Positions 39,511 through 50,190 of a stretch of DNA of 64,000 nt are shown here, one piece after another. The stretch covers positions 2,728,001-2,792,000 of the forward strand of contig MU054212.1 of the NCBI GenBank assembly GCA_013239625.1. Reading direction: 5' to 3'. Below the pieces are notes generated by a model. It was not told where the DNA came from. It saw only the letters and a program-made list of their open reading frames with translations, and ran no database searches. How positions within the stretch are numbered: position 1 is the first letter of the stretch; every line of letters starts with the position of its first letter. The position numbers and the translations under genes are program-made. Source of the DNA: Lama guanicoe (Eukaryota).

Positions 39511-40874
39511 TAGCCATTTAATTTAAAAATTCATGTAAAACACTAAATGAGTGATTTTAGGTGAACTCTTGGTAGGAAACATTTGTAAACATATATGGAT
39601 TCAGCTTTAGCATAATATATGTCTAATTTTCGGCTAAGAAAAATGTCTACTTAAAAGTACTATAGTTTTAAACAGGTAACTCCTGTATACAACAAAATTG
39701 CCGTGCGGTGCCCGTGACATGTTTTATTAACTTTCTTCCTAATGTGTCCCTTTTTTCCAGTGTTCCAAAACTGAGTTAGTGGGCTTATTCAGTAAAAATC
39801 TTATGAGAATATTTTGATGGTGGTGGTAGTTTATAAGAGTTAAGATTACACCTGTCAGCAGGGAAAAGTGGTGTGCTGGGGCTTGACTGCCACGCTCAGC
39901 CGAAGCTACGGGGCTGGCGCTTGCATTTGTACAAATTGCATTCTTTACCAACACCTTTGCCAGAGGTGATGAGAGACCAGCTCTGCGCCTTAGAGAGGCT
40001 TTAGAAGAAGCAGGCAGGCAGTTGTGCAGCCAAGAATAATCTCTTTGTCTGTTTTTTTAAAACGTGGACTTTCCAAAATTTGTTCCATGGATGCTTTTGA
40101 ACAAGTTTAACCTAATGAGTATAGAAATGTGATTATGATGTCATATCCCTTCAAAAGGGAATAGCATCTTTGAAGGAAATTTTATTTGACTGTGAGATAA
40201 AATGCCCCCAATCATTCTGTGAACACGTATGGAATTAAGTTGACTTGTTTTGACCATAGTGTTTTGGAGACATTAAAGAAGATTTCCTTACTTTCCATTA
40301 AAATAAAACAGCAAAACAAAAAATATTGAGAGTAATTAAAAATTGATAGTTATAAAAGGATAGTAATGAAACCAGAAGATTCACTTCTTGTATAAATATC
40401 TTTCCTTGTGTAAGTCTTTCGGGTGGAGAAAGGAGAGTTGCCAATCAAATTGAGATGTTTTGAAACAAAGTATGGTGGTTAAAAAAAGAATAAAGGATTC
40501 ATTTTTGCCAAATTATCCTTTGTTTGAGTATTCTGTGTTTTTCCTCTCTTCTTCCAATCTGTTTTTTATAAAATAGTGGTGTGGAGACATACTGATATAT
40601 AGAAAACTATATTAATGCAGGAGTATTGGATTTGATCTAGTGGGTATGTGTTGATGGTGGTATGGTAGCATACACAAATTACTATAATAGACTTAAGTAG
40701 TTGCCAGAGTGAGAATTCTTGCAGGGAATGGAGGGCAAGTAGACACATTTGAAATGGATCTTAAAGGATGAGTAGATAGGTGTTGAATGGCCTTTGGCTG
40801 ATCTCGGCAGCAGGAAGTAAGGCTAAGGGAAGGCAGATGATGAGTTTGTACCTGATATGATGTATAATATAGAA

Positions 40875-41065
40875 GAGACTAAGAGCATTCACTTTAGATC
40901 AGATCAAAAATTGAGTCCCAGCTCAGTTTTGCTGGTGACCTTCATCAGTTTCCTCATTTGATAAATGGGAACGGCACCCATATAACTTGCTGCAGTGTTA
41001 TATAAAGGAAAAGATAACGCGTGGAAGTTGCTTAATGTAGCTCTCAAACTGTAGCAAGTGCTCAG
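40875..41065 (+). mobile_element. MIR SINE
   Basis: gagtcccagctc...tcagtttcctcatttgataaatggg core. Confidence 0.65.
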
Positions 41066-41566
41066 GCAGTTACTCTGGACAGTGAGGCACCTGAAAGGAT
41101 TTTGCACATGGAGTGGTGGGATCTGAACCATGGAAGGCTTTTACTTTTACTTTTGTAATTGACATATGAAAGGCTGCACACATATGCAGTGTACAGTACG
41201 ACATACGTATATACACCTGTGAAATCATCACCACAATCAAAGTCATGACCACATCGATCACTCCCAAAAGTTTTGTCTAAGACCTTTAAGGAGGACAGTC
41301 TGCCCTGCGATGTGCAGCAAAGAATGGAGTGGAGAAGGCAGTTAAGAGGCTGTGGCCGTGGCCCAGGTGAGAGAGAATGAGTGAGGTCATAAACGCGGTG
41401 TGGTGGCAGTCTGGGCTGCTGGAGGGCAGGCTCGAGCTGCGTTGTGGTATTGTCTCCAGCACCTAACCCAGGGGCTCGAGGGTAGTGGGCTCTCGCTGAA
41501 TTGACGGGTTCTCCCTTTATGAAAGACTGCTTATTTTAAACTTGTTTCTCCATTTATTTTATTTAG

Positions 41567-41734
41567 GGCTTAAAAGACAACCTTTTTGCTTCTGGGGCAT
41601 CTAGCCTGACAGCCACCAAACAATTGCTTCGTCCAAGAATCACGAGAGTCTGCCTCAGGGACCTGATCTTCTGTATGGAGCAGGAGAGGGAGATGAAGTA
41701 CTCCCGAGCTCTGTACTTGGCCCTTCTGAAGTGA
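41567..41734 (+). CDS. TAF4B: TAF4B last coding exon (CCTD), GLKDNLFASGASSLTATKQLLRPRITRVCLRDLIFCMEQEREMKYSRALYLALLK*
   Basis: Acceptor catttattttatttAG. 55 codons then TGA at 41732-41734. Matches the known TAF4B C-terminus. Confidence 0.97.
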   Translation, partial: GLKDNLFASGASSLTATKQLLRPRITRVCLRDLIFCMEQEREMKYSRALYLALLK

Positions 41735-41872
41735 CCTCGCCCCTCTCTGGCCACGACCTTGCTATTTACTGCCAAAGAAGACGTGAAGAGCGTTGCCACG
41801 CTGTCCTGAAATTTCAGTTTCTGGAAAACAGTCACCAATAGGGAAGACCATTGTTTACAGTTATAAACTTTT

Positions 41873-41878
41873 ATTAAA
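41873..41878 (+). terminator. Possible proximal polyadenylation signal ATTAAA
   Basis: Hexamer about 140 nt after the stop. Usage is not demonstrable from sequence. Confidence 0.3.
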
Positions 41879-43400
41879 TCTTACTTATGTATCCCGTGGG
41901 GGTTCTTAATGACTAGGAGTCAGTGTTGTCTTCTGAAAATCGGTTGTGAAATACAGTTTACACAGGTAGGCATTTGCCTACCTATGTGTTTAATTATAGC
42001 AAGACCCTGTTTGTTACTGCCTGCTTCATTTGCCAGACTGTTAACAGGTAAGATGTCTTTCCCTAATACAGCCTGCATTGAGATGCAAGAGGAAGGAAGA
42101 GTCACTGCTTACCAAGAAACTGTATGTATTTCGTCCCATGCTGAACCTGACTCATAAAGTGTTAGGTTTTCTGGGCTGGAATCAGAAATTGCTGAGCTAA
42201 TTATGATAATCACCTTCTGTAGTTGAAGGTGACAAGCCACAGCTTAGGGCTTGTGGTGGCTTTGGTCAGCTGAGTCCTGGTGTTGTCAAAACTGAGACAG
42301 ATGGGGATAGTTTGTGCCTGAGGTTGCTGTTCTCTGGTTCACATGATCATACGCTGCTTCTGATACCGAGTGAGGGGACATCCTTGTCAAGGAGACCTTA
42401 AAACTGAAGCTGCTGATATACCTCGTTGAAAAATGGAAAAGATGGAGAGTATTGGATGAGATGATGGGATGTTGCGTCCAAACTGATGGAGGAATACGAA
42501 AATGGAATCATAAATCAGGAAATGTGCTGCATGTGCCTGAGAAGGGCAGTGGTGGAACTGGAACTCCAGAGCAACAACTACATGTTTCATTGATGGGAGA
42601 ACATCACAGCCCAATCAAGAAGGAAAAATGTATCAAACATTTCCAAATTACAGTATTTCAAAAGGAAGAAGTTATTTTTTGTTTTGTGTATTGCTTTAAA
42701 TCTTAAGAAGGGTACTTTTAAAAACTCTTTTAGTTACCCTAAGTTTTAAGCATCTTGTTGCATTTAAAAAAATCCTAATTGATGATAAATTTTAGCAATA
42801 GGACTCCATTTTGGGTCCTATACTCAAAAGGTAATGTCAGCATCTTACTCTTGGAAATCTTGGCTCTAAATATATTATGAAAAGCATGTTATATATTCTC
42901 CTCTGGGGAGGAAGCTGACATTTTGCAAAGCAAATTCTCTTCTTCTTCTTCTTTTTTTTAATTCCACTTTTGTGGCATGTAGCTGGTAAAAAAAAAAATA
43001 ATAACTTAGTTAGAACTGTATACAGAAAGAACGAGTAAAGCCTCCAAAGAAGGCAAAAAAAAGGGGGGGAGGGAAAGCTGTGCTTAGGAAAAGAATTCAA
43101 GGGGAAAAGAGAAACCTCAAGTATGCTATTCTCCATCCTGTTCTTCCCATCGGGACTGTTAATGGCCATATTCTATACTGTAGTAAGTTTTACATTGGCC
43201 ACGTTTTTTGTTTCAGCAAGTTATTATGTAAAATGCTATAAATTATGTATATGACAAAAGAATCCTTTAAGAAGAGATCTATACCTGAAGTTGTTTTTGT
43301 ATATTTAAATGCTTAGCTTTATTTTTTGTAAAGTGCAGCACACTCCCATATTTGTGTATAATCTTATTGATCAGATGTTTAAAGTTATTTCCAACACTTC

Positions 43401-43406
43401 ATTAAA
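43401..43406 (+). terminator. Probable distal polyadenylation signal ATTAAA
   Basis: Variant hexamer with upstream UGUA (CFIm-type) motifs and U-rich downstream sequence. Confidence 0.65.
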
Positions 43407-45159
43407 ATAATTATTTTATTATAAGATTAACTTTGCTCAGTCTCTGACTTTGAAAACCAGTATCTCTAGAAGTTGGCCGCTGAAGTTGGGGCCTGGGCAA
43501 TGGGTCATATCTATCAGGAAGTAGATCCTTCTTGGCTCTGATTGGTACTTACTTTGGAGTGTCAGCATTTATGGGTTCCAGAACCTCACTTCAGATCCAA
43601 CTTCCTATATCGCTTTTCTTTGAAACAGTTGTAAATTGGCATGGTATTTGACTTACAGTGCATGCTTCACATATTCATTACAAAAGCTTTTCTTGGCCCA
43701 TTGAGGTTTTTTTTGAGAAGGTATTCTTTTTCAAAATTTATTTTTAATATTCATTTTAAACTTTGTGTCCTGAGGCATATACAAAAGAGCAAACAGTGGA
43801 CCCAAGATACTCTTCCACTCAGTTTGCAGAATGGGGGCCTTGGGCAGATTTGATCTATAAATGCATCCTCTGTGACTCACACAGTGAGGCCGATACTTTA
43901 ATTCATAGAAATCTGTATTTCCACTTCTTTCGAAAAATTGGAAGATCTGGAATCACTAGGTGCACCCTTTTGTGTGACAGTCTGCTGGAGCCAATAATTG
44001 GCTGTCCACTTTAGATGTGGGGGCATAAGTTTACCTTCCCTTGTCTGATCCCTTTAAGTGTTGAAATTTGAGACCCTCTGCCTTCAGTATTTATCTTGAG
44101 TGATGAACAGTAAAAGGAAAATGCCAGAAATTCTCTACTTACTTCTTTTTAAAGCAACTTTATTGAGGTATGTTCTACATGTAAATTTCACAGTTTTATC
44201 CATTTAACTGTAATATGACTGATGGAACTCTAAAATTGTTTCTTTCTGAAAAGCTCTTAAAGATTCTCTTAAGAGAAGCAAAGTTTAACATTCTTTTAAA
44301 ACTTTTATTTCCTGAAATCTGCTTTGAGGTAAATTTTGTTTCATTGGAATTTTGACAAAACTTTATTTAGAATTAAAACCATTTACACTAATTATGTCAT
44401 AGTTACAGCAAAATGTAAAAGTAATATTAGGGCACATTCTTTAGAAAAATAAGAAACCAAGATCTCTTGCTGATCAAGTTGGATTTGATGCCTAGTTGAA
44501 CAATGAACCAAGTAAGTGTTTATAGAACGTTAACCTCAACAAGACACAGTGATTCTTCCTTAAGGAAACAAAAGTGTAATGTGCCCTATGTTTATGTATG
44601 GCCTACTAACCAGTTTTTGTTTTGTTGTTTTCGGCGTTAGTATCTTTTCAGATACTTTCATATGCCTTGCTGCACTGAAACAGTTTTGTTTTTAACTTTT
44701 AGGCACAATTTACATCTAATACCAATATCTTTTTCTCTGACTTTTTACTGCCTGTTAATATTTTCATACGCATTTCAGTTGTCTGGCTTTGGTGCATTTC
44801 CATTTTCACTGTAGTTATTCCACCACTTGGAAAATTGGTCCTCAGTAGAATACTTTTGCTGTATTTTTCTTCTGGGAAACGTTGAGAGACTGCTGTGCAT
44901 GCAAGAAACCTAAAATGTTGGCCACCATGTATGTGGACACTGACTGGTTAAGTGAGAGGGACAGATGACATAACAGTAATAGAATTTCTGATGAAGACCT
45001 TGTCCATTGAATACTTGTGGGAAGAAAATACTTCGAAGGAACTCACTTGCAGACTTTTGATTTTGTTGATAAAACATGATTTGAACAATGTTAATGGCAA
45101 CTCTCCTCCTTTAAAATAATAAGGCAGGCTGATATCTTTCCAAGTCCTCTTATTTCAGT

Positions 45160-45375
45160 GGTACTGGGGCAGTGTCTCCCTGGCTGCTCATCTCAGTCTT
45201 GCCTCTTACCGTTGTATGACCTTGGGTAAACTACTTAACCTCTCTGCCTTTGTTTCCTCATCTACAAAGAATGGTACCTACCTGTGAGATGGTGATGAAA
45301 ATTGATTGAGTTTTGATAGGTAAAGCCCTCAGAACAGTATGTCACTTGTATAAACACTACATACATATGAACACT
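45160..45375 (+). mobile_element. MIR SINE
   Basis: tgtatgaccttgggtaaactacttaacctctctgcctttgtttcctcatctacaaa. Confidence 0.8.
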
Positions 45376-46740
45376 GTACGTTGGTAATGGTTGTTACGAT
45401 TGTATCAGTTCTGAATGGCATAACTGCACCTCCTTCTCACCTCCAGTACTGGATTGTGTTGATGAAAGTCACTAGTTGAATGCATGAACCTAGGGTCTTA
45501 TTTAACCATCATCATGTTCATGCAAATTCTGATGTATTGCATTTGGGATTGGAGGATGGGAGGCCAGAAGAAAAAAGGTATGATACTGTAGTGGAGCCGT
45601 TAAACAGTAATTCTAATGTTCGTGGCTTTGTCTGTTAAGTTTCTTACAGGTTTGAAAGCAGTAAGGAAGTCATACCATTATTTTTAAATCTTTAGTTGGA
45701 ACTGTTGTAGATACGGTGAACATTCCCACTGTGTAACGGGGTCTAGCACAGTAATTCTCTTACAGACCCTCAGTCCCATGCTCTCCTCCCTAGGTTCACC
45801 TGCTTTTACCAGTTTCTTGTATCTCTTTCCGGTCATAGCCTGTATACACCCAGGCACACAGTTGTAGGTTCACCCTTTATTTGCATTTGGCAGCATGCTG
45901 ATCCATCCGTTACCATTTCCGCGTTCCCATTCTTCTTAATTCAGTGTATACTGTGTTCCAGGCCAGGGGTCGTAGTAGTATCTTGCTGTAATCTTTGGGA
46001 AAACAATGTGTGAATTTTTCCTTGAGGGATTTAGTCACAGGTTTTCTTACTGTTTTGTAAATTTTCCTACTTCACTAGAAGAATCCAGTCTCGTCTGAGT
46101 ATGTGTTCACTGTTCCTCTTCCAAACAGTCCTGGTGAAAAGCAACCAGAGGGGTAGAGGTTTCCTCTGGGAGAAGGTAGGTAGAAGGAAAGATGAAGAAA
46201 TCATTTAGGGAGAGAATTGAGTATTCCAGTTGTGATTATAAAGTTTTACTGACAGCAAGCACCCTTCTACCAGGAATACTAGGATTGGTAGCCAACCTGA
46301 GTGTGGGATCACTCCAAGCTCTTTTTTGTAAGACTGATAGTCTTCATTTAAAAGTAATAAATGGATAAGAATAGGGATGACCTCAATGTGAGGTTCCTGG
46401 GAGTGATTCCTAAAGGATGCCTGATAGACAAAATACTCATTTGTCAAATTTGTAATAATTTTCTGTATATGGGACGCTATGGGGAACTCAGATGTATAAG
46501 ATACTCCATGTCCTGGAGAAGTCCTCCAGGACACGGACTGTTTATACATAAACACTGATAATGCAAAGCAGCACACACTTCACCTTAGGAGAAGTGTAAA
46601 TAGTAGATTCTCATGGGTGCCTTTAAGAAAAAGTATATTACTTCCAAAGGGAACGACTGTGTTTACTCTCTCACAGAAGAAATAAAATTTGACCTAAGCA
46701 ATGAAAAGAATGGGTTAGATTTTTTGGTTTTGGTGGATCC

Positions 46741-47050
46741 TTTTTTTTTTTAATGTTTATTTTTTATTAAAATGTTGTTGATTTACAATGTTAGTTTCAG
46801 GTGAACAGCAATGCAATTCAGTTATACATATACAGACATAAGTTTTTTCAGATTCTTTTCCATTATATGTTATTACAAGAAATTGAATATAGTTCCCTGT
46901 ACTATGCAGATGTCTTTGTTTATTTTATATACAGTAATGTGTATCTGTTAATCCCAAGCTCCCTCCCCTGCTCTTTCCTCTTCGGTAACCATAATTTGTT
47001 TCCTATGCCCATGAGTCTGTTTTTGGTTTGTAAATAGAATTTATCTTTTT
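46741..47050 (-). mobile_element. Artiodactyl-type L1 3' end fragment
   Basis: Poly(T) then ttgatttacaatgttagtttcagg...ttgaatatagttccctgtactat. Similar to 49240-49550. Confidence 0.8.
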
Positions 47051-47110
47051 TTGGGGGTGGGGGGATACGATTTTGTAAGTCATATATTCTTAGGCCTTCT
47101 AAGGGAAAGA

Positions 47111-47148
47111 ATTATATATATATATATATATTTTGCATATATATATAT
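47111..47148. repeat. Interrupted (TA)n microsatellite
   Basis: attatatatatatatatatattttgcatatatatatat read directly. Confidence 0.85.
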
Positions 47149-48214
47149 GAAGTACTTTTAGGGATGTGAATATCCAGGTCAGCTGATTATGAGAGTCATG
47201 TATGGGAGAAATAGAAAATAATTTTGAAAATTAAGATAGCAGCAACTGCTTATAGTGTCCAAGATTCATAGGTACAAAGGAATACAGAAGTCCCCTACCT
47301 TTGTCTTCTAGATACGTAATTTTTTATTTCAATGAGATTATAGAAGAAGAGTGGTGACAGTTGCCTGAAACCAACCCCCCCACACACCCAGAAGCTTTTC
47401 CCTTGATTATAACAATGATATAGTCTCCTTGTATAAGATTTGGAAAATAAAAAGACTATAAGGAAAGTGAAAACACTTAGTATTTCGGTGCATTTCTTTC
47501 TGTTCTTTTTTTCTGCGCTCAGTCTGTAGATGCTTCAGGTCATGCTGTTGGTCCAGCTTGCTGTCCTTACCCACACGCCATTGGAGATGCCAGGAAAAAA
47601 CTGAGAAGAAACACAACCAGGAGAATAAAAACGTCACATTGGAGCTCTGTCCCTCAAAGTGATGTTGAGACCACATTTCTGGTTTCCTCATTTAAGCATG
47701 TGGATTTGTTTAAAACAATTCCAATTTGCTTCACTTGGGTAAAATGGAAGTACCTTTTTTTGTCTCATCATGGCTTGCATTGGGCCTCTCCATGAGAAGG
47801 TGACATGGAGGAAGAGTTGCCACGATTCTGTTCAGCGAATTTCATAGCAATGTTACCCATAAGGTTGGGGCTGTTTGTAATTTTAATGGAGACTTTGCCT
47901 GAAGATGATGGGGAAGGTGAGGATGTGCTGGTTGGCTTCCTGGGCTTTCGTTTCCCTAAATTAGAGTGGGAAGCTGTGCTGGGCAGTCTCCAAGGAACCC
48001 TTAAACTTTCAGGTGGCGACATGAGTGTGTCACTGGGTGCTTAGGAATGTTAACTCCTGTAAGAGTAGAAGGTGGTTGCCTCTAATGCTGTTGACAGCAG
48101 TTGAATAAATGATGCATTGTGTCTTTTCCATCTCTTCTGCCGTTATCACAAAGTAGAAGTCACGTGTGGTACTGGGCCAGACCCCGATCAAAGAACAATA
48201 CAAGCGTCCTCATT

Positions 48215-48642
48215 GGATGAGTTTCCTAGAGCTGCCTTAATGAATTGCCACAACTGGGTGGCTTAATGCATTAAATTCTCTCACAGGTCTAGAGGCCAGA
48301 AGTCTGACATCAGGTGTCAGCAGGGCCACGCTCCCTGTTTAGGCTCTGGGGAGAATCTTCTTTGCCTTTCCAGCTTCTGGTGGCATTTGATGTTCCTTGA
48401 CTGTGGCAGCAGGTCTCCAATGTCTGCTTCCATCTTGACGTGGTCTTCTCTGCACCTTCTATGTCCTCACTCTTCTTATAAGGACACCAGATGTTGAATT
48501 TAGAGCCCCCTCAATACGGTACAATCTCGTCTTGACCTTTAACTAACATCTACAAAGACCCTATTTCCAAATGGGGCCACATTCTGAGGCTCCAGGTGGA
48601 CATTAATTTGAGGGTGGAGGGGATAGTAGTCAACCCACTATG
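48215..48642. mobile_element. MaLR solo LTR (MLT1-type)
   Basis: tttcctagagctgcc...ctgggtggctta...tctagaggccagaagtctg...tcttataaggacaccag...aagaccctatttccaaat...cacattctgagg. Confidence 0.85.
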
Positions 48643-49102
48643 GGAGCATATTGCATATGATTATGTATTCCTAATACTTTATTTTCTATCACTGACTTCA
48701 ATGGTAGCGGGAAACGTTAATGGTTGTTGTGTGTCTCCCTAAATGGGTGACTTAGAACCTTGAGGTTTGTCAAGACACCTGTCCTCTGCTTCTCCCCCCT
48801 TCTCTCCACTTTAGGCTCAGAAGTTCCTAGCAGGTGGCTCTGTTCTGAGAAATGTGTCTTTGGTGTGGTTTAGACTGTGCCATCTTGGTGTTTACAGAAG
48901 CATATGCAGTGACTCTGTCTCAGAAGCCCTTTGAGAGTTTGAATGCTATGTACATGTTGACTCTTAAGGAAATTCTCCACACTATGAGTAAATCATTAGT
49001 TTATTTCACGTGGAAGTGCTGATTCTAACAGGTATCAAGTATTGGAATTTTTTAATAACAATGAACCCAGATCCTCTCTGCAAGAACTTCAAGAGAGTAT
49101 AG

Positions 49103-50163
49103 ATAGGCATGTCTCATTTAATTCCGCTTTGCTTTACAAGTTGACGGTTGTGGCAACCTGCGTCAAGCAAGTCTGTCGGTGCCATTTTTCCAATAGCATT
49201 TGCTCATTTTGGCATTTTTTTTTAAACTTGTGAGATTAATTTTTTTAATTGAAGTATAGTTGATTTACAATGTTGTGTTAATTTCTGGTGTGTAATGTGG
49301 TGATTCAGTTATACATATATATGTTTTCATATTCTTTTTCATTATAGATTATTACAAGGTATTGAATATAGTTCCTTGTGCTGTACAGTAGGAACTTACT
49401 GTTTATCTACTTTATATATAGTAGTTTGTATCTGCTAATCCCAAACTCTTAATTTAGCCCTCTCCCCTTTCTTTATCCTTTGTTAATGATAAATTTGCTT
49501 TCTATGTTTGAGTCTGTTTCTGTTTTGTAAGTAAACTCATTTATATAACTTTTTTTAGGTTCCACATATAAGTGATATCGTATGATATTCGTCTTTCTCT
49601 GTCTGACTTACTTCACTTAATATGATAATCTCTAGGTCCATCCACGTTGCTGCAAATGGCATTATTTCACTCTTTTTAATGGCCGAGTAGTAGTCCATTG
49701 TGTAAATATACCATGTCTTCTTTATCCAGTCATCTGTTGTTAGGCATTTATGTTGCTTCCATGTCTTGGCTACAGTAAATAATGCTACTATGAACATTGG
49801 GGTGTATGTATCTTTTCAAATTAGAGTGTTCTCCAGATACATGCCCAGGAGTGAGATTGCTGGATCATATGGTAAGTCTGTTTTCTAGGGTTTTTTTTCA
49901 TTTGCTCACTTTGTGTCTCTGTGTCACATTTTGTTAAATATCTTGCAATATTTCAAACCTTCCACCAGCAAAAAGATTATGACTCACTGAAGGCTCAGAT
50001 GTTAAGTATTTCTAAATTAAGATGTGTATATTGGTTTTTTAGACATAATGCTATTGCACACTTAGTAGACTATAGTATAAACATAACTTTATGTGGACTG
50101 GGAAACCAAACAATTTGTATGACTCTCTTTTAATGTGGTGGCCTGGTACCCCGGAGGCTTGTG
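49103..50163 (+). mobile_element. Internally deleted Tigger1 derivative, split by an L1
   Basis: 5' part aggcatgtctc...tgtggcaacctgcgtcaagcaagtc. 3' part aaaagattatgactcactgaaggctcagat...agacataatgctattgcacactta...ctgggaaaccaaa. Confidence 0.85.
49212..49898 (-). mobile_element. 5'-truncated L1 (ORF2 end plus 3'UTR) nested in Tigger1
   Basis: ORF 49555-49797 [15 protein letters not shown]...[22 protein letters not shown] CATTTGCTCAyTTTG at 49197-49211 and 49899-49913. Confidence 0.9.
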
Positions 50164-50178
50164 ATGAAGATGGCAGTG

Positions 50179-50190
50179 CCACCAGGTGGC
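50179..50190 (+). promoter_or_regulatory. CTCF-like motif CCACCAGGTGGC
   Basis: 12/12 match to the CCASYAGRKGGC core. Nearly palindromic. Confidence 0.45.

Larger units (their letters stand above)
41735..43425 (+). other. TAF4B: TAF4B 3'UTR (end approximate)
   Basis: Follows the stop codon. The AU-rich distal part has several TGTA motifs (43227-43360) leading to ATTAAA at 43401-43406. Confidence 0.7.

Noticed and set aside
41563..41838. 91-aa antisense ORF over the last exon
   Set aside because: Shadow frame of the TAF4B coding exon with no independent support.
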